64,000 bases of DNA. Origin: an uncultured Christensenellaceae bacterium (GTDB lineage: Bacteria > Bacillota > Clostridia > Christensenellales > UBA3700). The notes under the pieces are model-generated. The model did no database searches. It worked only from the letters and a program-made list of their open reading frames with translations, and was not told the origin of the DNA. The DNA lies in contig CALWRH010000001.1 of NCBI GenBank assembly GCA_944383895.1, forward strand, positions 121,199 through 185,198, in the 5' to 3' direction. The translations under genes and the position numbers were made by a program. The first letter of the stretch is position 1; each line of letters begins with the position of its first letter. Positions 1-10,443 of the stretch are shown piece after piece.

Positions 1-276
1 AGCCGCCTCGTTCAGAAGGTCATAATCCGTTTTTACTTTGGTTGCGATGCTCAGCGAGTGCAGACCGAAAACCTGTTTCATGCGTCTTACGATTTCGTCT
101 GTCAGCTTTTCGTCGTAGTTCTCGATATAATATCTGTTCTGCGTCCTGACAAACTCGCAGTCTATGCCTTGCAGCTTGTCCTTTATATTGTCGATAAGCA
201 GCTTTTCGAAATAGCTTTTGTTTCTTCCTTTGAGAAATATCTCTCCGTATCTGAGCAATATCACTTTGGTTTTCAT
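1..276 (-). CDS. thiI: tRNA 4-thiouridine synthase ThiI, N-terminal part (gene continues past window start)
   Basis: Manual reverse translation from the ATG at 274-276 gives MKTKVILLRYGEIFLKGRNKSYFEKLLIDNIK..., the ThiI N-terminal signature (RYGEi.lKG.N). The start lies 1 nt after the stop of the upstream cysteine desulfurase. Confidence 0.8.
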   Translation of the reverse strand, partial: MKTKVILLRYGEIFLKGRNKSYFEKLLIDNIKDKLQGIDCEFVRTQNRYYIENYDEKLTDEIVRRMKQVFGLHSLSIATKVKTDYDLLNEAA

Positions 277-277
277 A

Positions 278-1420
278 TCAAACTCTCCTGTATTTTCCGA
301 GCAATTCCGCGCCTTCCTCGAGAGCGCGAACAAGTCTGTTTACGTCTTCTTCGTCCGTGGTTTCGTTAAAGCTTATCCTGAGCGTTCCTTCGGCAAACGC
401 ACCGACGAGTCCGAGTGCCTTCGGTATTCTTTCAGCGGCTTTTTTTGAAGAACACGCGCTGCCCGTACCTACGATAATTCCTTTGCTTTCAAGATAATGC
501 AACATGACTTCTCCGCGTATTCCGTTGAAAGAAAAGCTAACGATATTGCAGCCGCTGTTTTCTAAGTCGGTATTAATCCTGACTAATTTCCCGAACTTTT
601 CTTCAAGCTTTCCGACAAGCAGCGACTGAAGATTTTTCATCTTGTCGAAATTCGTTTCGACTTCATTGTACATGCGTTCGGCAGCATATCCGAAAGCGCA
701 GATTTCCGCTACGTTTTCAGTACCCGAGCGAAGATTTCTCTCCTGTCCTCCGCCGTATATAAAAGGCTGAAGATTGAGCTTTTGAGCAATATACAACGCG
801 CCTATGCCTTTGGGCGCATGTATCTTGTGTCCGCTTACAGAATACAGATCTACGCCGAGATCTTTGACAGAAAAACGTAGTTTGCAAAACGCCTGCACGC
901 CGTCGCTGTGAAATATTGCGTCGTGGCAACGCTTTCTGACCTCACTGCAAAATCGTTTTATGTCGTTAAGTGCTCCCGTTTCGTTGCAGACGTGCATTAT
1001 CGAAACGAAAACGACGTTTTCGTCGAGAAGATTGACGAATTCGTCAAACAAAACTCTGCCGTATACGTCTACGGGCGCGATGATAAGTTCGTATCCTCTG
1101 TCCGCAAGAGCTTTCGCGCTGTTGAATACAGCAGCATGCTCGACAGCAGAAATTATCACTTTTCCCTTTTTACGACGCGGTCCGCAGAAGATGGCAAAAT
1201 TGTCCGCCTCGCTGCCGGATGCGGTGAAAACAATATTGTCAGCATTACAGCCGAGTGCCGCTGCAAGTTTTTCCCTCGCGCTCTTCACCGCTTTTGCCGC
1301 AGTCAGAGCGGGAGCGTACAGAGCCGACGGATTGTAAAATTCGTCAACGGCATATTTTTTTATTATATCCACACACTCGGGAAACATTGCCGTAGTAGCG
1401 GCGTTGTCAAGATAAACCAT
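278..1420 (-). CDS. cysteine desulfurase, class V aminotransferase (NifS/IscS/NifZ-like)
   Basis: 380-aa ORF with the PLP-lysine motif SGHKIHAPKGIGALY and the active-site Cys loop GSACSS. It is tightly coupled to thiI, as in the Bacillus NifZ-ThiI pair. SD AAGGAG lies upstream. Confidence 0.9.
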   Translation of the reverse strand: MVYLDNAATTAMFPECVDIIKKYAVDEFYNPSALYAPALTAAKAVKSAREKLAAALGCNADNIVFTASGSEADNFAIFCGPRRKKGKVIISAVEHAAVFNSAKALADRGYELIIAPVDVYGRVLFDEFVNLLDENVVFVSIMHVCNETGALNDIKRFCSEVRKRCHDAIFHSDGVQAFCKLRFSVKDLGVDLYSVSGHKIHAPKGIGALYIAQKLNLQPFIYGGGQERNLRSGTENVAEICAFGYAAERMYNEVETNFDKMKNLQSLLVGKLEEKFGKLVRINTDLENSGCNIVSFSFNGIRGEVMLHYLESKGIIVGTGSACSSKKAAERIPKALGLVGAFAEGTLRISFNETTDEEDVNRLVRALEEGAELLGKYRRV

Positions 1421-1514
1421 CTCTACTCCTTAAGGCGAAAATTCGCCTACCGCATAATTCTATCACATAAGCTCTTTTGCCGCAAGCGTTACGCGCGTAT
1501 AACGCAAGCGCGTT

Positions 1515-2015
1515 TTATTGTGTATCGACGCGGCTTTCCCTGAGCTCTTTGCCGTAAAAAGAAAGTATGAGCGCAAGCATATAGTCATCGAGCGCAAGCG
1601 CATACTCTGCACCGTCTTCGGTCCTGATCAGATATACGGGAATATCCTGTATGTAACTGTACAGTATTTTTGCGTTATGCGTTTTGAGAGTTTCTTCGGG
1701 ATCTCCGCATGCAGAGATCTCAAAATTGCCGCAAAGGCAGAATATCATTTCTTTTTTGTGCGGATATATACGGTAAACGCTGAGTCCGTCCTTGAAAACG
1801 TATTTTACGGAATACGTCATTTTGAGCGTAGGCACTCTGAGCGCAACGCAAAGAACGATTCCCGCCGCAAGATAAGCAAGTTTTATATAATCGCCGCCTA
1901 TTGCGCTGATAAGCAACGCTAAATTTACTATATCCACCCCTATCGCTACCGCAAGCAGAGCTATTTTGAGCGGCTTTTTCTTATCGAAAAGGTATTCGAG
2001 CGTATATGAATTCAT
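1515..2015 (-). CDS. hypothetical membrane protein (2 predicted TM helices plus a C-terminal domain)
   Basis: 166-aa ORF whose start overlaps the mutS2 stop by 4 nt (ATGA coupling). It has a hydrophobic N-terminal half and no family I recognise. Confidence 0.55.
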   Translation of the reverse strand: MNSYTLEYLFDKKKPLKIALLAVAIGVDIVNLALLISAIGGDYIKLAYLAAGIVLCVALRVPTLKMTYSVKYVFKDGLSVYRIYPHKKEMIFCLCGNFEISACGDPEETLKTHNAKILYSYIQDIPVYLIRTEDGAEYALALDDYMLALILSFYGKELRESRVDTQ

Positions 2016-4363
2016 TTTAGCGTAAGCACGGTCACCCCGTCCTCTCCTTCGCCGTATTTTCCAAGCCTGTACGACTCTATGTGCGGATTTGTTGCAAACC
2101 AGACGTGCAGTCCGTGCCTTAACGCTCCGCTACCTTTACCGTGAACTATCCTTACTTCTTTGAGTCCGCACAATAGCGCGCGGGATATATACGCGTCAAC
2201 GTTGAAGACGGCCTCGTCGACAGTCTGACCTATAACGTTTAGTTCGTGCGGACAGCCTTCGGTGGTATCGGGCAAAACACGCCTTTTGAGCACTTTCTTT
2301 TCTTGCGTTATCCTTATTTTAGAAACGTCGTCAAAGCCGACGACCGTTGTCAGATTACCGCACGATATAGTATATTTACGTTTTCTTTCGTCGATTTTTT
2401 CAACCTTGGCGGTAGCGTTGAGTTTTTTGACGAAGACGTTGTCGCCGACGGATATTTCTCCTCCTGTCTTCTCGTATTTTTCTTCAACGTCCTGTTCTCT
2501 TTTTCCCGCTACTGCGTTTTCAAGCCGTTTTCTCAGTTTTCTTGCATCGAAGAGTGCGCTTTCGTCGCCTTTCTTCAGATCCTCTTTCATACGCTCGATT
2601 ATCTCGTCCGCCTCGCTCATGTAATCGCCGAGCAGTTCGTGCGCTTTTTTAGCGAGTTTCTCTTCTAGCTTTCTGTTCTTCTCCTCGACTTGTTTTGCAA
2701 GCTCTGACGCTCGGCGGTATTCCTGATTCGCGTTCGCCTTTAATTCCTCCGCTTGCGCCTTGTATTCGTCTGCCTCTCTGCGGCTCTTTTCCGCCGCGGC
2801 GATAACGCTGTCAAAGCTCACCTTTTCGTCGCTGAGAAGTTCTGTCGCGCGCTTTGTTATGCTTGACGGTAGTCCAAGTTTGGACGCTATTTTGATCGCG
2901 TTGGAACTGCCCGAAACACCGATAAGCAGTTTGTATACGGGAGCAAAAGTTTCAGGATCGAAATCCATAGACGCGACCGAAACCCCGTCCGCGCGATAAG
3001 AATATTCTTTGAGCTCGTTGTAATGAGTTGTCGTGATACAACGGCAGTTGAGAGCGAGAAGATATTCGATCACCGCAATAGCGAGCGCGCTGCCTTCTGC
3101 GGGATCGGTGCCAGCACCGAGTTCGTCAAGAAGAACCAGACTGTTATAGTCTGCCTCGTTTGTAATTCTTATAAGATTGACCGTATGCGACGAAAAAGTT
3201 GAAAGACTCTGCTCGATACTCTGTTCGTCGCCGATATCGCAGTAAACTCCGTCAAATACGGCAAGACGACTGCCTTCTTCGCAAGGCACAAACATCCCCG
3301 CGCTTGCCATAAGAGAAAACAGTCCCACAAGCTTGAGAGTTACTGTCTTTCCGCCCGTATTGGGTCCCGTTATAAGAAGGACTTTGAAATCGTCGCCGAG
3401 TCTGACGTCTACGGGTACGACCTTTTTAGGATCGATGAGCGGATGACGTCCTTTTCTGATATTTATAATGCCGTCGCCGTTTATCAAAGGTGCAACCGCC
3501 TTGATATCTCTTGCGTAGCGAGCTTTTGCAAAAATGCAGTCGGCTTCGGTAAGCAGATCGAAGGATCTTTCTATGCCGTCGACTATCTGAGCAAGCATAA
3601 ACGACAGAGATTGCAATATCTCTGCGATCTCGTTCTGTTCGTCGCTCAGAAGTCCTCTGAGTTCGTTATTGAGCTCAACTATCGCAAGCGGCTCGATAAA
3701 CACGGTCGCACCCGTAGAAGATCTGTCATGCACAAGACCGGGTATCTGCCCCTGACACTCGCTTTTTACGGGTATAACGTATCTGTCGCCGCGCATCGTG
3801 ACGATGTTGTCCTGAAGATATTTAGAATATCCTCCGCTGATATAGCCGTTGAGCTTTTGGCGTATCTTATCGTTTGTACGACGTATTGCCTGCCGTACCT
3901 CTCTGAGTCTTGCCGACGCGCCGTCGAAAAGCTCGTTTTCGTTCATAACGGATTCTGTGATACGTCTTTCAGCCTCATGGTCGGTAAACATATTCTGAGC
4001 GTATTCTACGATAAGCGGGCACTCGCCGTCAGGTATTTTGGAAAGCGAAAGCTTAAAATTTTTAGCGCACGTAAGTACTCTTGCAACCTGCAAAAGCGCT
4101 TTGCAACTGAGCGTTGCGTCCTTTCTGAGTGCTGCAATATAGTCGGATACGTCGTCGAAAGAAAACGACGGCGTACAGCAGAATTCGTAAGCGACTCTGT
4201 CTGCCTGTATCGTTCGTTCAAGCAGATCGGACACTTTTTCGAGAGTGTTTTCCGGTCTTATCGAAAGTACGCGTTCTCTCGCGGGCGCAGAACAGACGTA
4301 ACCGCTAAGGATTTTTAGTATTTTATCGAATTCGAGTGATTTTAATTCTTTTTCTGATGTCAT
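2012..4363 (-). CDS. mutS2: endonuclease MutS2 (MutS domain V ATPase plus C-terminal Smr domain)
   Basis: Walker A GPNTGGKTVTLK, DELGAGTDP, and a C-terminal Smr domain (VRIVHGKGSGALR). The ORF track starts at a TTG at 4396. I prefer the ATG at 4363 (MTSEKELKSLEFDKI...), which has GGACGG upstream. Confidence 0.9.
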   Translation of the reverse strand: MTSEKELKSLEFDKILKILSGYVCSAPARERVLSIRPENTLEKVSDLLERTIQADRVAYEFCCTPSFSFDDVSDYIAALRKDATLSCKALLQVARVLTCAKNFKLSLSKIPDGECPLIVEYAQNMFTDHEAERRITESVMNENELFDGASARLREVRQAIRRTNDKIRQKLNGYISGGYSKYLQDNIVTMRGDRYVIPVKSECQGQIPGLVHDRSSTGATVFIEPLAIVELNNELRGLLSDEQNEIAEILQSLSFMLAQIVDGIERSFDLLTEADCIFAKARYARDIKAVAPLINGDGIINIRKGRHPLIDPKKVVPVDVRLGDDFKVLLITGPNTGGKTVTLKLVGLFSLMASAGMFVPCEEGSRLAVFDGVYCDIGDEQSIEQSLSTFSSHTVNLIRITNEADYNSLVLLDELGAGTDPAEGSALAIAVIEYLLALNCRCITTTHYNELKEYSYRADGVSVASMDFDPETFAPVYKLLIGVSGSSNAIKIASKLGLPSSITKRATELLSDEKVSFDSVIAAAEKSRREADEYKAQAEELKANANQEYRRASELAKQVEEKNRKLEEKLAKKAHELLGDYMSEADEIIERMKEDLKKGDESALFDARKLRKRLENAVAGKREQDVEEKYEKTGGEISVGDNVFVKKLNATAKVEKIDERKRKYTISCGNLTTVVGFDDVSKIRITQEKKVLKRRVLPDTTEGCPHELNVIGQTVDEAVFNVDAYISRALLCGLKEVRIVHGKGSGALRHGLHVWFATNPHIESYRLGKYGEGEDGVTVLTLK

Positions 4364-4407
4364 AAGCCGTCCGTAGCCGACGGCAGAAAACGACAAACCG
4401 TCGGAAA

Positions 4408-6663
4408 TTATTTTACTCCTCTGAAGAGATGTGCGCAGTTAGAGCCCGATTGAGGCAAACCTCCGCGAGTTACGCTGTCGATAACTTCAAAAGGATCACG
4501 ATTACAGTTTACCATATTTATATACAAATTGTAACGTATTTTATCCGCTTTTGCAGAGATATCGACAATCGCAGGGTTATGCAGCTCGAAATAACAATGC
4601 TTAATCCTTGTCCTCTTTATAAGATAATCGGCTTTCTTGTCCTTGTAGAAAAAGTCTCCGCGGTATGCGCAGTTTGCACAATTGCAACCTGTACTGACCT
4701 GAACGGGACAATGGCAAAGCGTCATTACGGGCAACAACCCGTATGCATAAACGTAGCCGCCGCATTTCATGTCGGATATTTCGTTAAGGGTCAGTTCGGG
4801 CGAAAATATGACGTCGTCGACACGCGAAACTGTTCTGAAACGGGAATTGTACACATTGAGCCTAATACCTGCAAGAGCTTTAAGTCCGTATTTTTTCGCA
4901 AGATATACGCTGTAATAATTCTCACATATAATTCCCGATATTTTTCCGCTTAATTTTGACAGAATATCTTCGACGATCTTCATTTCGCCGCCTCTGACCA
5001 CAGGAGGCAAGTGTAAATACGCTGAAAAAGTGTTCTCAATTAAGGCAGAAAATATATCTATTTGCGAAATAAATTGGCTAAAATTGTATATTTGATAACT
5101 AATAGCGATTTTTTCTCCGCTTAGAGCTCTTATAACGTCAAAGTTATCGGCATTCACTATAATATGCCTTTGATCACTCTCGTTCTTATCGTCAGAACAT
5201 CTTGCGTAGTTTGAAAAATCACACCTTTGCATTTTATCTTCATAAGATCTGATAAGTGCGTTTTTCAAATTTTCAGCAGCATCTCTCCTCACCGCGTTGA
5301 GCAACGATTTGGGCATAAATACGTTTTTACCGTTAAGATCTACGTCTACTTTTTCTGCAACAAACGGTGTATCTCCGAGTTTAGTCAAAGAATTTTTTAT
5401 ATCAGCGTCAAGCATAGGTCTGCCGCTCGCCTCGTAAGCCGTTGTTTCAGCTACGGCGTAAATGTCGCCGAACTTTGCTGTAACTTTTACTTCAAACGAA
5501 TCGTTCACTTCAAATGATATATCTATCGGCAACTTCTTTAACGATATATCCTCTTCAGCCGCTTCGGAGTCGAGTGTTCTTCTCACTTCAGCTCCGACAG
5601 GTACAGCGTTTTTAGCAGCTAAAGTGAACAAGTTTTTGTCCGATTTGATTATCTTTACGCCGAGCCCTCCGACTTCCGAACCTTTATACAAAAATTTCAG
5701 ACCGTCGCCGTCTCTCAAAGGCTCATCTGCACGCACGATTACGCTGTTTTTACCGCTTGCGACGACCCTTCCTACCGCAACGCCTATATTGCTCTGTACT
5801 TTAGGCGACATTATAACTTTTGTATTGTCGTAGATATATCCGCAGGTAAATTCTCCTCTGTTGAAAGCCTTTTTGAGCTCGGTAACGCGTTTATCGTCGG
5901 CTTTTGCACCGTCAAGCACACTTCTGTATTGCGACACTACGGTGGAAACGTAATGCGGCTGCTTGAGTCTGCCTTCGATCTTTAAGCTATCTACACCGAT
6001 AGCGCGCAGATCTTCGAGCTTTGTTATAAGGCATTGTTCGGACGGAGAAAGAAGATATCCGCTTTTGCCGCCAAGGCTGCTTTCATAAGGTAATCTGCAA
6101 GGCTGATTGCATCTGCCGCGGTTACCGCTGTCGCCGCTCATCATTGAAGATAGAAGACACGATCCGCTGTAACTCACGCAAAGCGCGCCGTGAACGAAAT
6201 ATTCAAGCTCTAAATTTGTGTTTTTCTTTATTGCAATGATGTCTTCTCTTGCGGTTTCCCTTGCAACGACAACGCGCGAAAAACCTTTTTCCTGCAAAAA
6301 CAACGCGCCTTCGAGATTATTTACTCCCATCTGCGTACTAGCATGCAAAGGCACGTTGTATTTATAAAACACGTCGAGCGCGCCGAGATCCGCAATTATA
6401 AAAGCGTCAGCGCGAGTGCACGCGCTGACGTACTCGTCAAGGCGTGCAAGCTCTTTTTCTTTTACAGCAGTATTGAAAGCAATATAGACCTTTACCCCGT
6501 GAAGGTGGCAAAGATCTATATATCCGTCTATATTTTCTCTTGTAAATCCGACCGCTTTTGCACGCGCGTTGAATCCGTCGAGTCCGAGATAGACCGCGTC
6601 CGCGCCACTGTTTATAGCCGCGTAAAGCGCGCGTATATTGCCTACGGGAGCAAGAAGTTCCAT
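4408..6663 (-). CDS. peptidase U32 family protein (long, two-module form)
   Basis: 751 aa. The N-terminus MELLAPVGN..AL.AAI.SGADAVYLG is typical of U32 proteins, and there is a Cys-rich C-terminal module. SD AAAGGTG. Confidence 0.85.
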   Translation of the reverse strand: MELLAPVGNIRALYAAINSGADAVYLGLDGFNARAKAVGFTRENIDGYIDLCHLHGVKVYIAFNTAVKEKELARLDEYVSACTRADAFIIADLGALDVFYKYNVPLHASTQMGVNNLEGALFLQEKGFSRVVVARETAREDIIAIKKNTNLELEYFVHGALCVSYSGSCLLSSMMSGDSGNRGRCNQPCRLPYESSLGGKSGYLLSPSEQCLITKLEDLRAIGVDSLKIEGRLKQPHYVSTVVSQYRSVLDGAKADDKRVTELKKAFNRGEFTCGYIYDNTKVIMSPKVQSNIGVAVGRVVASGKNSVIVRADEPLRDGDGLKFLYKGSEVGGLGVKIIKSDKNLFTLAAKNAVPVGAEVRRTLDSEAAEEDISLKKLPIDISFEVNDSFEVKVTAKFGDIYAVAETTAYEASGRPMLDADIKNSLTKLGDTPFVAEKVDVDLNGKNVFMPKSLLNAVRRDAAENLKNALIRSYEDKMQRCDFSNYARCSDDKNESDQRHIIVNADNFDVIRALSGEKIAISYQIYNFSQFISQIDIFSALIENTFSAYLHLPPVVRGGEMKIVEDILSKLSGKISGIICENYYSVYLAKKYGLKALAGIRLNVYNSRFRTVSRVDDVIFSPELTLNEISDMKCGGYVYAYGLLPVMTLCHCPVQVSTGCNCANCAYRGDFFYKDKKADYLIKRTRIKHCYFELHNPAIVDISAKADKIRYNLYINMVNCNRDPFEVIDSVTRGGLPQSGSNCAHLFRGVK

Positions 6664-6695
6664 AATTACACCTTTGGTCGGATTTTTATATAGTT

Positions 6696-6722
6696 GCCGA
6701 AAGGCGCTTAACGCCTTTCGGC
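6696..6722 (-). terminator. strong stem-loop after pheT (GCCGAAAGGCG/CGCCTTTCGGC)
   Basis: An 11-bp perfect inverted repeat with a 5-nt loop lies between the pheT stop and the U32 start. The U-tract is poor on the minus strand, so it may be only a partial terminator. Confidence 0.5.
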
Positions 6723-6736
6723 TTGATCTTTTTTTG

Positions 6737-9133
6737 TTATCTCAGAACAGCGCCGAGCTGAGAAGTAAGTTTTGTCAGTACTCTCTCTACCTTCGCGCTG
6801 ACTTCTTCGTCAGTAAGCGTTCTGTCTGTCAGTCTGAATACCATATTGACCGCGACGCTCTTCTTGCCTGCGCCGATAGCATCGCTGCGATAAATATCGA
6901 ATATTCTCGCGCTCTTCAGCATGGATCCGCCTGCGCTCGTAACGCAAGAAAGCAGTTCTGCTGCGCTTACGTTTTCATCTACTGTTACCGCTATATCTCT
7001 CTCCATAGGAGGATATTTGCCTATCTCTTCAAACTTATATCCCTTTTTGCGGTATTTTTCTATGCTTGCGAGATCGATCTCTGCGATATACAGTCTGTCT
7101 TTTACGTCGAAAGACGCAGCGACTGACGGATGTACTTCTCCGATATAACCGATACTGAACTTGCCGATATAAAGCTCCGCGCTTCTGCCGCTGTGCAGAT
7201 ACGGACGCGAAGAACGTTTGTAGACTACGTTCAGTCCGTACTTGTAGGCAATGCGTCTGACTACCTCGTTTACCGTATAAAAATTTTCGTCCTTGCCGTA
7301 TGCGCCGATGACGAGGCGTTCTTTTTCTTCAGGCTGTTTCTCGAGAGGCAGACTCTCGGGAATATAGACGTTGGCAACTTCGAAGAAACGAGCTGCTTTG
7401 ATGTTTTTGAGAACGTTGGACGCAAGCACGTTCATCATGCTGTACGCAAGCGACGTTCTCATGACAGATACGTCTTCGCCGAGAGGATTGAGTATCGTCA
7501 CGCACTTTCTCGCGGGATCGTCTTCAGCAAGACGCAGAATATCGAAACTCTTAGGCGACGTGAAGGAGTATGTCAGAGTTTCGCTGTAGCCGTCGTTTAC
7601 GCATATATTCTTTACAGAATCGACTATCTTCTGATCCTCGGTCTTTCCTCCAACGGTCTGCTTGCCTTTGTCCATAAGCGTTTCGGTGATGTTGTCGTAT
7701 CCGTAAAGTCTGATGATCTCTTCCGCCAGATCGTTTGCGTTTTCTATATCGTCGCGGAAAAGCGGCGCCTTGCATACGAGAGTGTCGCCGTCAAGAACGG
7801 TATCTATCTGCAGACTGTTGAGTATGGATACCATTTTTTCGCGGGGAACGATTATGCCGAGTATGTCGTCGATTTTACTTGCCTCAACGCGCAACGTTTT
7901 TTGAGTGAGATCTGCATTGCAGCAGTCGACGACTCCTTTTGCGATCTTGCCGTATCCGTATTTATATACAAGCGTCAGAGCGCGCATGAGTCCGAGTCTC
8001 TGGCTTTCGAGATCTATGCCTCTTTCGTATCTGAAAGAAGAATCGGAGTGAAGATTGAGCGTTCTTGCTGTGCGGCGTATGTTATCGCGTGCGAATTTAG
8101 CACTCTCGAAGATAATGTCTTTGGTGTTTTCGTCAACGCAGCTGTTGTTGCCGCCCATTACGCCCGCGATAGCGCAAGGCTTGTCGCTGTCGCAAATAGC
8201 GAGCATTGTGTCGCTCAGCGTATACTCCTTGTTGTCGAGAGCAACGATCTTTTCTCCGTTTACCGCGCGTCTTGCAACGATAGAAGAATTTGCGATCTTG
8301 TCCGCGTCGAACGCGTGCATAGGCTGACCTATCTCGATAAGAACGTAGTTGGTTATATCTACAAAGTTGCTTATAGGTCTGAGCCCGACGCTCTTTAGTC
8401 TTTTCTGTATGATCTCTGCCGAAGGACATATCTTTATGTCGCGTACCGCGGCAGCCATATATCTCGGACAAAGGTCGGTGTCCTCGACTTTTACTTTCAC
8501 ATAATCGTTTACGTCTCCGGCCTCGCACTCAAAGCCGATTTCGGGCATTCTGAGCGGTTTTCCGAGCACAGTCGCAACTTCTCTCGCGATACCGAGAACG
8601 CTGTTGCAATCGCTTCTGTTAGCTGTTACGCCGATGTCGAGAATAACGTCGTCGTTGCCGAGTATCACGTTCATATCGGTGCCGAGCGGATATTTCTCTC
8701 CGTTCATTATAAGGATGCCGTAAACGCTTGCGCCCTTGTATTCAGCCTCGGTAAGCTTGAGTTCTTCGCCCGAGCAAAGCATACCGCACGATTCAACGCC
8801 GCGCAGCTTGCCTTTTTTAATTATCTGACCCGTGGGCAGCAGCGAATTGTCCATAGCAACGGGAACGAGATCGCCTTCTGCAACGTTCTGCGCGCCCGTA
8901 ACTATCTGCACGGTATCTTTCGCACCGACGTCGATGGCGCATATCTGCAGTTTGTCCGCATCGGGGTGTTTGGTAAGTTTTACGATCTTGCCGAGCACGA
9001 CGTTTTTCATTTCAGACGCCTTGTCGATGATCTCTTCCACCTCGAAACCTGCGGAAACGAGTTTATCCGCAAGGGATTGTACGTCTATATCTATATCAAC
9101 GAAATCTTTAAGCCAATTCAACGATACTTTCAT
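6737..9133 (-). CDS. pheT: phenylalanine--tRNA ligase beta subunit
   Basis: 798 aa. The N-terminus MKVSLNWLKDFVDI is the canonical PheT start, the B3/4, B5 and FDX-ACB regions are recognisable, and the gene follows pheS. Confidence 0.97.
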   Translation of the reverse strand: MKVSLNWLKDFVDIDIDVQSLADKLVSAGFEVEEIIDKASEMKNVVLGKIVKLTKHPDADKLQICAIDVGAKDTVQIVTGAQNVAEGDLVPVAMDNSLLPTGQIIKKGKLRGVESCGMLCSGEELKLTEAEYKGASVYGILIMNGEKYPLGTDMNVILGNDDVILDIGVTANRSDCNSVLGIAREVATVLGKPLRMPEIGFECEAGDVNDYVKVKVEDTDLCPRYMAAAVRDIKICPSAEIIQKRLKSVGLRPISNFVDITNYVLIEIGQPMHAFDADKIANSSIVARRAVNGEKIVALDNKEYTLSDTMLAICDSDKPCAIAGVMGGNNSCVDENTKDIIFESAKFARDNIRRTARTLNLHSDSSFRYERGIDLESQRLGLMRALTLVYKYGYGKIAKGVVDCCNADLTQKTLRVEASKIDDILGIIVPREKMVSILNSLQIDTVLDGDTLVCKAPLFRDDIENANDLAEEIIRLYGYDNITETLMDKGKQTVGGKTEDQKIVDSVKNICVNDGYSETLTYSFTSPKSFDILRLAEDDPARKCVTILNPLGEDVSVMRTSLAYSMMNVLASNVLKNIKAARFFEVANVYIPESLPLEKQPEEKERLVIGAYGKDENFYTVNEVVRRIAYKYGLNVVYKRSSRPYLHSGRSAELYIGKFSIGYIGEVHPSVAASFDVKDRLYIAEIDLASIEKYRKKGYKFEEIGKYPPMERDIAVTVDENVSAAELLSCVTSAGGSMLKSARIFDIYRSDAIGAGKKSVAVNMVFRLTDRTLTDEEVSAKVERVLTKLTSQLGAVLR

Positions 9134-9145
9134 GATCCACCTCTC

Positions 9146-10165
9146 TTATCTGAAACTCTTGAGGAATCTTACGTCGTTTTCGAACAGTATCCTCATATCG
9201 GGTACGCCGTACTTTATCATGGCGATACGCTCTATACCCATACCGAAGGCAAAGCCGCTGTATTCGTTGCTGTCGATATTGCAGTTTTCGAGCACCTTGG
9301 GGTTGACGATGCCTGCACCGAGGACCTCTATCCAGCCCGTGCCTTTGCAGAGCCTGCAACCTTTGCCGTGGCAGACAGAACAAGTAACGTCGACCTCTAC
9401 GCTAGGTTCGGTAAACGGGAAATACGAAGGACGGAAACGCGTCTTGGTATTCTTGTCGAAAAGCTCTCTAGCGAACATCGAAAGTATACCCTTGAGATCG
9501 CAGAGCGTGATATGCTTGTCCACTACAAGACCTTCTATCTGCTGGAACATCGGGCTGTGCGTAGCGTCGTCGTCCGGACGGTAAACTTTGCCGGGAACGA
9601 CTATTCTGATAGGCGGCTTTTTATCGAGCATGGTTCTGACCTGAACGGGAGAAGTATGTGTTCTCAAAAGCATTTCGTCGCCGAGGTAAAAAGTGTCCTG
9701 CATATCTCTTGCCGGGTGATCCTTGGGGATATTGAGCGCCTGAAAATTGAAAAAGTCGAGTTCAATTTCAGGTCCCTGCGCGACAGAAAATCCGAGAGAT
9801 GTAAATATGTCGACTATCTCGTTTTTTACGAGCGTGCAGGGATGCAGACTGCCGAGCTTAACGTCTTCGGGCTCGTAAGTAACGTCGATGCTCTCTTTGA
9901 GCATCTTTTCTTCTGCTTCTTTGGCTTTGAGCGACTTTTCTTTGCTTTCTGCCGCGCCCGTTATCACATCTCTTGCCTCGTTTACGTAGCCGCCGATGAT
10001 AGGTCTCTGATCCTGGGGCACGTCTTTCATGCCGCGCAGAAGTGCGGTAAGTTCACCGCTCTTGCCGAGATATTTAACTTTTACTTTGTTAAGATCCGCA
10101 ATGCTGCCGCAAGCATCTACCGCCTGCAGCGCCTCACGGATAAGACTCTCGATCTTCTCTTTCAT
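9146..10165 (-). CDS. pheS: phenylalanine--tRNA ligase alpha subunit
   Basis: Class II aaRS motifs ([25 protein letters not shown]). I chose the ATG at 10165 (MKEKIESL...), which has SD GGAGGA 3 nt upstream. The ORF-track start at 10201 lies inside the T-box terminator. Confidence 0.95.
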   Translation of the reverse strand: MKEKIESLIREALQAVDACGSIADLNKVKVKYLGKSGELTALLRGMKDVPQDQRPIIGGYVNEARDVITGAAESKEKSLKAKEAEEKMLKESIDVTYEPEDVKLGSLHPCTLVKNEIVDIFTSLGFSVAQGPEIELDFFNFQALNIPKDHPARDMQDTFYLGDEMLLRTHTSPVQVRTMLDKKPPIRIVVPGKVYRPDDDATHSPMFQQIEGLVVDKHITLCDLKGILSMFARELFDKNTKTRFRPSYFPFTEPSVEVDVTCSVCHGKGCRLCKGTGWIEVLGAGIVNPKVLENCNIDSNEYSGFAFGMGIERIAMIKYGVPDMRILFENDVRFLKSFR

Positions 10166-10175
10166 ATGTCCTCCG

Positions 10176-10408
10176 TTTATAAAAAAAGAACGTCCCTGCA
10201 ATTAGGGCGTTCTCACGCTGTACCACCTAAATTCGTCCGCAAACAGCAGACCTCGTTACGGCTATAACGCGCCACCGCGATCCTCTACTTTGTTTCAAGG
10301 CCGAGCTGACGGGCGAATTCCCCTGCCGCAAACCGAATCGTCCTTTCAGCGTACCGGACGAAATCTCTGTCGGAAGCATTGCAAGGCACGTTCCCGTGTC
10401 GTAGCTTT
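10176..10408 (-). promoter_or_regulatory. T-box riboswitch leader (Phe specifier UUC) controlling pheST
   Basis: The minus-strand sense contains AGAGA and GAAAG stem I elements and a specifier context GGGGAA-UUC-GCCC (codon at 10315-10317). The T-box sequence AAUUUAGGUGGUACAGCG lies at 10216-10233. It is followed by the terminator GAGAACGCCCU-AAUUGC-AGGGACGUUCUUUUUUU. Confidence 0.85.
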
Positions 10409-10414
10409 TATCTC

Positions 10415-10443
10415 ATTTTACAATAAAAATCCCGTTACGGCAA
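10415..10443 (-). promoter_or_regulatory. candidate sigma-A promoter for the pheST leader (TTGCCG-17-TAAAAT)
   Basis: The hexamers are read on the minus strand immediately after the yunB stop, with a 17-nt spacer. Confidence 0.45.

Noticed and set aside
7130-10267. Long plus-strand ORFs (7130..8398, 422 aa; 8966..10267, 433 aa) antisense to pheT/pheS
   Set aside because: The opposite strand encodes full-length, motif-perfect PheT and PheS. The antisense products are R/F/V/C-rich nonsense with no recognisable domains or start signals, which is a typical shadow-ORF pattern.
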